The translations under genes were made by a program, and so were the position numbers. 64,000 bases of DNA from Klebsormidium nitens (Eukaryota > Plantae > Klebsormidiophyceae): the NCBI GenBank assembly GCA_000708835.1, contig DF237444.1, forward strand, positions 1 to 64,000. The letters run 5' to 3'. The stretch's first letter is position 1. Every line of letters begins with the position of its first letter. The notes below the pieces were generated by a model. That model was not told the origin of the DNA and ran no database searches. It saw only the letters and a list, made by a program, of their open reading frames with translations. Shown here piece by piece: positions 10,201-22,200 of the stretch.

Positions 10201-13200
10201 ATCTACGTGCCTCGCCTGGCCAAGGAAGCTTTCTTCTCTGCAGAAGAAGAAGAAACGGAAGTTGAGTCGATTACGCGAGAAGGACCAAGAGGGACGGAAA
10301 TACCAGGCCATCCAACAGCGAGAGAAAAAAGGGTTTGGATGAAGAAAGCGCAGCACGCAGCTGCATGCTACTGCATGCGATTGAGCCCGAAACAGACAAC
10401 TGCGTTGTCACTTTGGCAATCCCAGAATCATGCGTCATCAAAAGCGGGCAAGAGCAGGATTTCCATAGCAAAGCGAGCCTCTTTAGCTGAGTTGCTCGAG
10501 CTGTCCCGAGCAATCTTCTATCTTGGCAACTGTCTTCCAGCGCAGCACCTTTTGACGAAAAGGAAAACGAGTCCCCACGGGTCGCGCTCACCTCCCCCAG
10601 GAAGACGTCCCGCCCGACCCGCTCCGCGCTGAAGACGCTGACGTGCAAGTCCGCGGACGTGCGCACGGCCTTGAACGCCAGCTCCTCGTTCCACTGCGGC
10701 TGCGTCGTGCGGCTGCGCGCCGCGCTGCGCTTGCGCTGCAGCTCCACCTCCACCACGCAGTACGGGTTGCAGTGCTCGCGCTTGCTCGCCAAACCCTCCG
10801 CGCTCACCAGCCGCACCACCAGGTCGCCCCCAAGCACCTCGCCCTCCTCCACCGCGCTCAGCTTTCGCGCATGCGCCGCCAAACTGTCTCGGTACACCTC
10901 TTCCTCGGCCGGCCCGCCGCTGCGGCGCTGTGTCCGGGGGTCGACTTCCGGCGACTCCTCCACCTCGCTCGGCCCCCACACCGTGTGGGGGTTCCTCATG
11001 ACCGGCAGGTGGTTGACATTGACGCGGCGCGCGGCGTACACGGTGCGCGATACCGCGGCGCCCAATGTGTCCCCCACAACCTCGGTTCCCCCCAGGAATG
11101 TCGCGGCCGCCGCCCCCGCCGCTGACTGCACAAACTGCTCGGCGCGGTCGCCTCGCGTCGCGGCCAGCGCGTTGCTGACGGCAGCGGCCGCGATCGCGGC
11201 GGCGGCGAACTTATGGAAGCCCTCGACGGAGTCTAGGGATATTCGGGTTTGCCGGCGCGACGACGACGCACGCGCGGCCGGGAAATCCTCCCGGGCATCG
11301 AGGAAGGAGCCGTCGCTGTCCGATTCGGAAACGTTTGTGGCGTGCCCGTTGGAGAAGAGCCCGTTCTCGCCCCAACGCACCAGCTCGCCTCCGCCCTCCG
11401 ACTGCTCGTCCGTGTCGTCAGAGCTTCTCCACCGGTTGCCGCCCATTCCCCGTTGCAAGGAAGAAGCGAGTCCATTTCCATTCCTTTCCGGCGTCGCTGG
11501 TTCAAGGCCTGAAGACAGCGTCTCCGCCAAGCTGGCATCCGGCTCGTGCCCTTTTTCCTCGGCTTCCAATACTCTGTTCGACTCCCGGGCAAAGATGTCC
11601 GCACTTGACAAAGATTGCAAACTCTGCGCGTTAAGAGGACCCATCAGAGGGTTCTGGATCATCTCCGACCCGAATGCTTGCAGACGAGGCTGGCCGTCTC
11701 CTTCCGCTTGATCGCCTGCTGGCTGACTCATCTTCAGCTCTGCCTCGGCCAATGCGGGCGACCATGCCCCATCTACTTCAGAATGGACCGCTGGCTGCAC
11801 ACCAACCGTCTGCACTGCTTTTCGCACATCGCTGTTCATCAGTGCCAGCTCAGCATCCCGACTGAACTCCTCCTTTTCCTTCCGCCGCTTGCTTTTTCTC
11901 ATCCTCAACCGTTCCATCGCTGCCGCCAGAACGCCCTTCCCCGACCCCGCACTTTTCGCATGTCCGTTCGCCCCCTCCTGCCGGCTGCTCGTCCCACTCA
12001 GAGCGATGACGTCACTATCACGTGAAACCGACGGCACTTCCGTCAGCTGGCCACCAGAGCCATGCCCCCCGTTGACCGACGACCCAGCATCCAATGTAGC
12101 TGAAGCTGGCAGCTGCCGTTCCACTGCGAGTCGCTCCATCTCCCTTCCAGACACCTCCGTGAGGCCACCCTTCGGCTTCAGACGCTCGAGCACCTCCACC
12201 GCCGCCGCTTTCGACGCGGCCGCCGACCTGGCGAGCGGAGACAGCGGCCGCGGTCTAAGCGGAGCCACTGTTGGCCCGCTATCAGCTGGCTTGCGCAATG
12301 CTGCCTCTTCGTCGGCTGCCGCGGGCGCTTCTTGCGCTCCCTCGAAACCCGGACCCCCCGACGCGAATCGGGCAACTTTGGGACCACTGTCCCGGCTGCC
12401 GGCCCCTGCTGCTCTCGCCCGTTCTAGTTCAGCTGCCATCCAGTGCCTGTGGCCCAGCCCGTCTTCAGGATCGAATACGCGAGCAGACAGCCCCCCCCCG
12501 CCTCTCTCCGCTTCTTGCAGCCGGCTCTCGATACTCAACGACCTCCTCGTCTCTGCGAGGGTCGGCCGCTCGATGTGAGCTTCCTCCACTTCGGGCGGCA
12601 GCGACTGGTTCCTGCGGTGACCCCCGGACCGCATCGGCACCAGCGGGCTCGTGAAGATGTGCCTCTCGCCATCGTTCCCGGTGGGCGAGAAAAACAGATC
12701 GGGGCTGGTAGGTCGGCTGCTCAGCGCGCTGCCCGCCCCAGGCGGGGCGTGCGGGGCGTCCTTGTGCGACCCCCAAGAGAAGCGCCTGGCGCGCTCCAGA
12801 AACGATCGCCGCTGCTCCAGCTTGCGCTGGTGCATCTCCACCGAAGCGGTGGGGGACTGCGGGAGGAGAGAGCCCGGGGGGGTGCCGTCCGCGCCGGAGG
12901 TCGCAGACTGGACCAGGGGGGGACGCTCGCCGGTTGTGGGGTCGATGGGCTCCTGGCAAGCCACCAGTCGATTGTCAGTGAATAACGGAGGAATCGACAC
13001 TGATAGCCGGACAACTTATCACCGCTGTTCGTAGGGCACTTCCTTAGGGTTCTTCAAAAGATCACCGAGTCAGGCCAATGTCCCCTGCCAGAAGCGCACA
13101 TCCAGTAACTTGCACAGACATCGTAGTGCAATGTGAATGCGCTACTGTGCGCTCCACACCTGGTGCCTGACGGGGAGGGGCAGCGCGGGGTCGGCGAGCG

Positions 13201-16200
13201 CGTCTTGTGCGGCGTCCTTCTGCTGCTCCAGCAGGCGGCGCACCAAGGCCAGCCGGGCGTCCAGGTGCTGCAGCCGGCGGACCACCAGCTGCCGCTCCGC
13301 CTCCTCCGTCTCTCTGGAAAGCGTACCCCAACGGGTCAGACTTCAAACTAAGGGCTTTGGTATTCACTTAGGATTGGCTTTCACTTAGCATCGGACGATA
13401 TAAGGCGTTCGCGCTGGGGTTTGCTACACTGGCTGATGTGTTGAACCTTGCTTTCCCCGAAGCAAGCACAGCTAGAAGATTTAAGATATTTTCAAAGAGC
13501 TTCCACATTCAGAACGAAGGCCTGAAAGTAGAACGGAGCAAAGTGCTGCCTCACAGACTTCGAGGCTGCTTCCCGTATCGAAGCTTGACATGTACGCTCA
13601 GAGAATAAGGAAGCGGTGAGCCTAGGAAACATCTTCTCCTGGAAACAATCCTTGTTCCCAAGATATTGGCTCTAGATCCAAGCCATTGATGAAAGATCAA
13701 GAGGATACCCTGGCTGCGCCCTACGGCCGTGCTCACTTGGAGTACTGGCTCTCCACGTCCGAGAAGGACAACACACGGGTGGCCCCATCCGCATACACGT
13801 TCACGTAGATCTTCTCAGCGAGCGACTCGTCCGACTGGTCGCTGCCGCCGCGGTTGCCAAGGAAGCTGCAATAAGAGTCATTTGCGTGAGAGTGAGGGAG
13901 TGCGCAAGCTTCCTTCAGCATCTCGTCTTTGGAAAGACTTTGATTCACAAAGTGCAATCTCGTGGCGCAAGAAGTTGCAAGACGAAACGCACCATCGTTG
14001 GACTGAAGAATCAGCAGCAGAAGGGACGCAAGCAAAAGCAAAAGGAAAGCCGGTTGCGAGTGCTATTCCAACAGCGGAGCAAGCGAAAACCATTTGCTTC
14101 ATGCGTCTCCTGTGTAGTGGGGCGGCAGTTGGGCTGACCCGCTCTTGGCGGGCCCCCGCAGCACGATGGGCTGCCGCACTTTAATGTCGTCCAGCGAGTA
14201 CTCGCGCACCACGGGGGGCACCGTGCCCAACACCTGGACCACCAGCAGGTTCGGCGCCTTGGGCTGCGCAGTACGAATACGCACCGGGTCAGAGCAGTGG
14301 ATAGGAAGGAACGGTCAAGCGCTGTCTGGCTGGAAGTAATAGATTACGCAACCTTGATCAGAGAGCGGCTTGTAAGCTGGACCAGAACAAGTGACCTCTA
14401 CACCATCTTGCAGGAGTTTTACATATTCCAGAACTAAGACAGGCAAGCAAAGACCTTCCTGCTGCCCCAGATCGAGCTTTGCCACGACACCAAAATTTGA
14501 AAGTTCGATGGTATAGATTGCCCGTCTTCGGCTCTCTGTGCTGCTAACCTGGTCCCAAGCGTAGGGGATGGCCTGCTTGCTCTCCAGCAGCTGCCACGCG
14601 TTGATGTTCTTCTGGCTGATCTGGAAGGCCATGCGCGCACAGCGGTTCTCGACGCGGTACGGAATGCGCTGACTGGCCTGGTCCGAGTTGTCGCACAGCT
14701 CAAACGTGATCAGTGCCGACGCACCGTTGAGCGAAACGTCGATTACGAAGATCGAGTACTCCCCTGCACCAGGAGGGAGAGCCATGAGATTCTCAACGGG
14801 GAGCAGCGCAGTCGGCACGGAAGGAGAGAGGGTGCAGCGACTAAGCTTTCAGATTAGCTTTCAAGCAACGGCTGAACCTTTGTCCATTTTTCGTGACCCT
14901 TCACCTATCATGTTCCGCTCTTGCTGGAAGCCAAGACGGCTCTCGTGTTCGTGTCGACCAAAAAGCATGCAGCAAAAGAAAGCAGAACTCCCAGCGGAGA
15001 CGTGCGAAGCCCGTACGTGTTCCTGCATTGCGAACCCTGATCCCGAACTCGCCGGCCTTGTCAATCTCGAAGCTGCCGGACCAGTCCCAGACGCCGTCCA
15101 GCGGCCGGATCTGCAACCGGTCCTCCGCCCCGTCGTGGTCCCAGTGATACGCCTCGCGCACGCCGTCGCAGAGTGTCTGCACACGGAGAAAGGGGCGTAG
15201 CTTTTGAACTTAGGGCAGGCGCTTGCAGCTGAAAGTGAAGTGGAGTGCATTCTACGAGATCCAACTGTTGCTCCCGGACACTTACACTCTAAAGCGATTG
15301 CCGTTTGGACCCCTGTCCGAGACCATGCTACCAAGACAATGCTCAACTCTACCAGTCGTGACTGCAGGATACTGGACAGATAAACATACCAAACCGACTT
15401 GAACGTCCACGTGGCTCACCCGGATGCTGGCGGTGTCGACCTGGCGGTACTGGATGTCGATGCCGCTCTTGTTCATGAGCACGAAGCGCGGCGTGATGGT
15501 GATGATCTTGGTGCGGTGGTACCACGGCGACGGCGCCAGGTTGATCTGCACGCCCAGCTCATACCGCATCGCCACCTGCGCGCGCAGCACGCACCCACGA
15601 TTTATCTTGGCCGCATCCTTAAGCGCTGCATCGGTGAAAGGTCTTCCAGACACGCGTTCCGTATGCGCTTCAAACAGATCCACGATCGGCTTACCAGACG
15701 GGCAGAGGAGCGGCTACTAAATATCCCAAGGGAAACTCTGTCTGCAGCAGTACTGGGGTGGAAAAGTGAGTGCTGGCCCAGATCTCCAACCGTATAGACA
15801 GAATTCTTTATGGGAGCTGGTCCGCGCACCTTTTGGTGCGTCTTGGTGAGGTCGGAGGTGACCTGCACGGCCCCGATGATGCCGACGGAGTCGATGGGGA
15901 TGTTCTTGGACCAGCGCGTGCCCGGCAGGCTCACGATGCTCTTGCTGCCGCCCCCGCAACCGTACAGCACCGGCCGAAGCTCGTCGTCGTCGTCCTGCAC
16001 AGCACACGTACCTATCAGACGTCAAATCATGGCTACATTTAATGAGGTTTTCGGCAGGAGACGGGTGGGGCTGGTTTGAGGTTTCTAGGTCAACAGGGGA
16101 GCATCTGACTCCGGGTGTCTGGGGGTTCTGTTTGTGTGAGCCTGGGGTTTTGATGCAATTCAACGTGGGCCAAAGTGTAAACAAAATTGAAATGCACCTG

Positions 16201-19200
16201 CGTCGCCCACTGCACAAAGCGGGCGACCGTTGGACCGGGCCTCCAGCTTTGCGCATAATTGCTGGACCTCGCAGGACTGAAGTCTGCACAAACAGGCCAA
16301 AGCTACACAGACTCGAACGCACAGTACACAAACGAGCGTTACTTCCACTTTGGAGAGCGTCGTAGATGATCCAGCCTGCCAAACGTCTCCAGCAACGATG
16401 CAATTGCCGCTCACCCGCTGCGGGGAGCACACGGTTGGCTCCTTGGTCTGGTTCCGCGCCGCAAAGTAGAGCAGCAAGTTGGTGCGGTTCATAATCCAAT
16501 ACTTGGAGAAGATGACCACGCGGCGCGCGCGGGCGCGGCTGGTGGCGCGATTCTCAATCTGCAGGCGCAGCTTACGCAGGCCGCCCGTCGGTTGCAGCAC
16601 CATCTCGCGCGGCAGCCGCAGCCCCGGCAGCTCGTGCAGGAACGGGCGCGGGCCCAAGTGGTCCTCCAGCATGCGGCTGCACACGAGAAACGAACAACAG
16701 CGCACCAGTTAGAAGAACCGGGCACTTTTATGTCAACAGGCCAAAACCTGCCCTTAGAGGGAAGCACAGAGCATACTGCGCTCCTGCTAACAGCCCAAGC
16801 CCCATTCAATTTGTGCCCCCCCCAGCTCGTAAACACTCCAATTTTTCAAGCAACCTAATGAGATTCTGGGTTGCGAACCTCCTCCAACTCTAGAAGCAGC
16901 AATCCTGTGGCCGCCCGCAAGTGCAACCTTTGGAAGAAAATGCGAGTCGGAACTTCTCCCCGGGGCCTCACTTGGGCGGGAGGTGGAGGAGGACCTTGTG
17001 GTCGGTGTGGAAGCCCGCGACGGCGGCGCTCATCTCCAGCTTGTGCTCGAGCGTCATGTTGTACAGGTCCGCGGACGTCCCGGACGGGATGCGGCACTGC
17101 GCGTCCAGCCCGCTGTCCGCGTCCACCACGGTGGCCACCATCTCGTACGGCAGCGCGTTCTCGAGAACTAGGGGCGGGCGGAACACGAGGCAGAACTCCT
17201 GGACCGCGCCGGCGCTGATGAGGTCAGCCTCCTCCACGGGCTTTACTTGCAGGCAGCAGTAGAAGGGCACGCCCGACGGCGCCAGCGAGGGGCACGCCAG
17301 CAGGCCCTGCTGCTCCACCAGGTGCGCCGCGCTCAATTGGATCACGTCCTTCTCCGCGCGCAAGTAACCCTGCGCCCACAAGAAGGATGGTCAGAATGTG
17401 GGCGTTGGCCACGAAAGCCGATGTTAGCGAGGTAGATGCGGTGCAAATGCGAAGTCAAAGCCTGCGTTGATCAACACCGGTGCATTGTTTCCTTTTACTC
17501 TTTCGGAAGGCCCACATTTGGGACCTGACGAAGCAAACAAATGCAGTAATTCAGAGCGAGCCCGCCAACGGTCGGCATCAGGTTTGACGCAAATCCCACT
17601 GATACTCGCAGGGACTTCTGCCGCCGCTGCCATGCAACGTACTTTGAAGACATTCGTGTCAAGTAAATATTAGTCCGGAACGAACTCGAAGGGGCTACAC
17701 TTATCGCTTGCATCACAATGCGGCGACTATTATTGTGCAATCACAAGTGTCTGTTCGGGAAGACCGGGTATATCGCCAACAAAATTGTAATGTATGAAAC
17801 ACAAGTCGACCTCTCGATCTCTTTCCATCTATCAAATTGAGGCGTGGGAGGCGGCAGTGGTGCCTACCTCTGCTTGCAGGTACAGCTGGCCTCCTCGGGC
17901 TGCCGTGATGGGCAGATAGCAGGTGTCGCCCGACCGGAGAGGGCCTGCAGGCGCAAAGCAAAGATGCTTCAACGTTCCTGCGCTGAAGAGCTCATCTGGC
18001 CCAGCGTGACTCTGTTACGAACCTCGACGCTCAGGAACGTGAAAGATGCGCTTGAAAACGATAACAGCTGGTTGGAACACAGCCGAAGAAGCCTCGAACC
18101 GCTGTGCTAGAAGAACATGGGAAGAAGTACCAAAATGACAATGCTTACATGCTTGCTATCTTCTAGCGCAGTTTCCTTACAGGGTCCTGGCTTGGTACAA
18201 GATCTCGTACCAACACCGGACAAACAAAGCTGGCCATCGACTAGGCCGCATCCACGAAAAGCTGAAGTCAGCAGTCGACATAAAGTCCAGCACCACGCGC
18301 CGCGCCCCTCACCAATGGCGCGCTCCTTGGCTGGACTGGGCACGGTGGGCAGGTGCAGCCAGAGGTGCAGCGGGTGGCTGGTCTCGTTGACGAGCTGCAG
18401 CGTGGAGTGCACGCTGAGCAGCTTGGTGCGGTCCACCAGCGTCACGTCCAAAATCAGCGGCACGTTCGCCTCGTCGTACGGCGCGCGCAGCTCCATCACC
18501 GACTTGCCCACCTGACCACACCGCACGGCCACGCTCAGAACGTTCAGGACGACTATGGACGAGCAATTTTAGTGACCGCTTTGAGGCCAGCGGACCTTGA
18601 GTGCTCCTTGTGTGCAACATCCATTTGATTCCAATAACGCGACTCTGAGCTGACAAGAACAGCCAGCTTGCGCAGTCTGGGTGCGTGCCGAACGAAACCT
18701 TTCAGAAACCTACCTTTGCAAACGAACAAAACCGTAGGTGCTGCCTAGGTAAGAGAGTGTTGCCCCTGACGCTCAAGGACTTCTTGAGACGTGCATACCC
18801 ATTCCTGGACCACTGAGCCACTACGCTTGCAGCTTTGTTCCCCAAGATGCACTTGCCGCACTTTACCACCCACAGCCGCCAGCAAATGTTCTGATCCGTT
18901 GTTCTGTACCTCTTGCTCTATGGCAAATCCCGCGGAAGTATATGACTGTATGACGCCCACCTTGTCGACCACGACGTCGTTGACGGGCGCCCAGTTGCCG
19001 CGCAGCTGCACGGAGATGGTGCGCGCGCGGACCTTGCGCGAGTCGCGCAGCGTCACCACCTTCTCCACCGGCTCCACCGCCAGCGGCAAGTCCTCGCCCG
19101 GCGCCACCTGGTGCGACCGCCGCTCGCCGCTCTCCTCCTCTGCAGGGACACATCAAAGAAGGTCCATTCATGGACATCGTGTGCAAAGGCAGGGGATCGC

Positions 19201-22200
19201 GGACAATGGAACAGAGAACGTATCCGGTGTCTAGAACCTCAGCCAAAAGTCAACCAGATGCGATTGGGAAGTAGAAATCTCGCATAAATGAGAGGGCGTC
19301 AAACTGTGGGTCCGGCAAGAGCAGGTGAGTGGTCTTTGTGCCATAAAACGTTTCACCTCAGGCAAATTCGAAGAAGGGATGTTGAGCCCTAGTCCAGTCA
19401 TCTTTTCCCTCTCCTCTAGCATACGGCCGAGAAAGTGAAAAGCGGCCGTTGTGCCTGTGCGGAAATTGCGCTCACCTGCCCAGTAGAAAAGGGCGAGGCC
19501 GGTCTGGTTGATGATCCGGTATCGCGACAAGTGTGTTTGCTCGTCCTCCTTGATGGGGGCCACCGCCCGCACCGGGTAGCTCTGCACGGAACGTGGCCAC
19601 GGCATCTTCGCTGCGCACAACTCGACAATTGAACGAATCCAAGTCGTTGCTTAATGCAAACCGAAGGGCATGGACAGGCAAAAGCTGGTTGTGCACGATT
19701 GCAGTATGCTTTGGAGAAAGAATTAGCGTAGAAGCAGCACACCGGGCGAGAGATGGCCTGCCAGAGTTGCGCTTCCCTTACCCTGCGTCCTGAGGTGCTG
19801 TTGCGAGACAGTTTCCGGGGGCGCATAGTCTGTGACCGGAGACGCTGCATAAAAGAGCGAGGGAGCACTAGCATTAGGGGACCGTGAAAAGCTTTCGTTA
19901 AGTCAACACAGACCATCGCCTCTGGACGATGGCAAGTTACGCTCCAAAGTGACGGTTTCAAACATGAAGATCAGGAATCAAAATGTATAACAGTGGCACC
20001 CTGCATTCAACTTGTTGTTGGCAACATCTAGACCAGTCCGGTCTCACCGCGCTTTCTCCTCACAAAGGTTCAGTGGATCAAGCTTCGGCGGTGTGGCGCT
20101 CACCTTGGCATCAAAGCCGTCAAGTTCTTTGTCTCTCCCCGAGCCCGCCTGGCGGCCGCTCTGATCCGGGGACTGCACAGCGCTGAACTCGGAACCGATC
20201 TGGGAGACCACCGAGTCTTGCAGCCGCAAGCTGCGGCGAGAGATGCCAGGCTGCGCAATAGGAGCCAGCCAGTCAGTCGAAGGTTATCCACCAGCGCACA
20301 CGTGGCCTCAAGCACAGACTCTAGGCCGGAAGAGGTGCCCCTACAGACTTGTCGCAGTTCGGTAAAGTTTGAGGGAGCGCGGCCTCAAAGTAGGCCCGTT
20401 GCATCAGCGCCTGAGCAGATTCTGCAAACCGACAGCAGGAGGTCCACTGCCTCGCCGCTCGCGCCCCTGTTGGGTCCTCAAACCAAAGCAGATCGCACTT
20501 TCGAGCTCCATACGCAGCGTTTTGCGCTTAGCAACAGTTTGACTCACGACTTGGAGGGGCTCGCGCGGCGGCCCCCAGAAGCCCGCCAGCTTGGCCTGCA
20601 GCTCTTTTGCATAGCTCAGCGCGTCGCCCAGCGACAGCAGCTGCACCGGGCTGACCGTGCAGCTCATGGCCTCGCTCGACGACACCGCCACCTGCGCGCC
20701 ACCCGCCGCCGCCTTCATGTCCACCACCACCGGCCACGGCTCCAGAATCGCTTCCATCTCCTGTGAGCGCACAGGCACGGGGGTGACGTCAGAGAGGACA
20801 CGCAGTGACGCTGCGCCAACACTTAGCTCCCGAGGATGTTAGTCTGCATTTCATATGCAACATGTTCAAGCCTTGAGCAGGCTATGTTGGCCATTGAGAA
20901 AGAGGAAACAGCGAAGTTAGAGAGAGCATCCGATGGTTTAACACCCAAGAGTTGTGACAAATCTCTTCGAAACCAGAAGAACGAGACATTGGAGAATTCA
21001 CTCTTTTGAAGGCAATGTATCCCGGGCGGGCGTTCAAGGGTTCAGACATGAACGAGTCAAATACAGGCAAAGGGATTCAACAGCCCACCTGCTTAAAAGG
21101 GCAAAACGCTAAAATCTTCAGCTCTAGCATCCACTCCTTGACTTCCTGGCAATGTTTGCCCGTGCCCACTGACCTCGACTGCGCTGTTGAGGTAGTCGAC
21201 TGCGAGGTTCATCTTGAGCAGGCCGAGCTGCGTGGCATCGCGACCCCGCAGCAGGCGCTCCCGCTTCAAATACAGGTCCACCGACCCCAGCCGCACCGAC
21301 AACACGTTGGCAGCCGCGCCCAGCCTGGACGAAAAGCAGCCAGACAGCAACTCTTAAACCTTTGTAAGGAGGGGAAACCAGCGTCCGCGTGCTTGTTAGC
21401 AGGCCGGATCCGCCAATGAGCGAACTCGGCAATACTGATAGAAGCGCTTGTGCAGCCATTGCCAAAGCCGTGATTACTACGCCGTGCCCACCACGATGAA
21501 TGAACTCCAGTACGATAGATAGACTTTAAAGGTAAGCAGCAAGAAGTGGAGGCCGCCTCTCGGGAAAGCATACAAAGGTAGCGCCCTTTCCGTTGCTGCA
21601 CGTCTCAGCCAACATGCGTTTCCGCTCACCTGTCATCGCAGAGGGCTGCTCGGAAGTCTCCAATGGTGACCTTGAAGTCATGAGCGGAGGGGAGAAAGGG
21701 GGTGGCCAGCGCGGCAAGCTCGGCCGTAGCTGACTCACACCCCAGCTCGGACAGCCGTTGCCGCAGAACCTTGGCCACATCCGTCAGCAGGGGCACGTGC
21801 TGCGCCAGACAACGGGGTGGGTGTGAGCTTGTGACCCCATTTTAGCGCTCTGGGAAGCGGCACCAGGTGGGCATGGCCAAGAGCGGTGAGTTTCGCCCAT
21901 ACCTAAAATACAAACGATGTTGCTTACATCACCGGAATGAGGAGAACGAAATGACGGCCGAGAAGTGCCGCACACAAGCGGACCATCCCCCTTTGCTCAC
22001 ACTTGACGAGAGCTATCGTCCAGTACGCATAGCTTGCTGAGAGAGAGCGTACCGAGTAAACGGCATGCAGCGCGATGGCGTTGTTCTTGGGGAAATCGCC
22101 ATCGCGCAGGACCTCCACTGCGGTGGACGCCAGCAGGCGGCGGTCCACGGGCGCCTTGGGGCACCGGATCGTCGACCGCACGCGCACCGTGGTGGGACCC

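Noticed and set aside
15017-15052. Possible GC-AG intron (G|gcgagt) in a VPS13 VAB exon
   Set aside because: Reading on to the GT donor near 15017 gives a phase-compatible, VPS13-typical sequence (GEFGIRVRNAGT|REYSIF), so no non-canonical site is needed.
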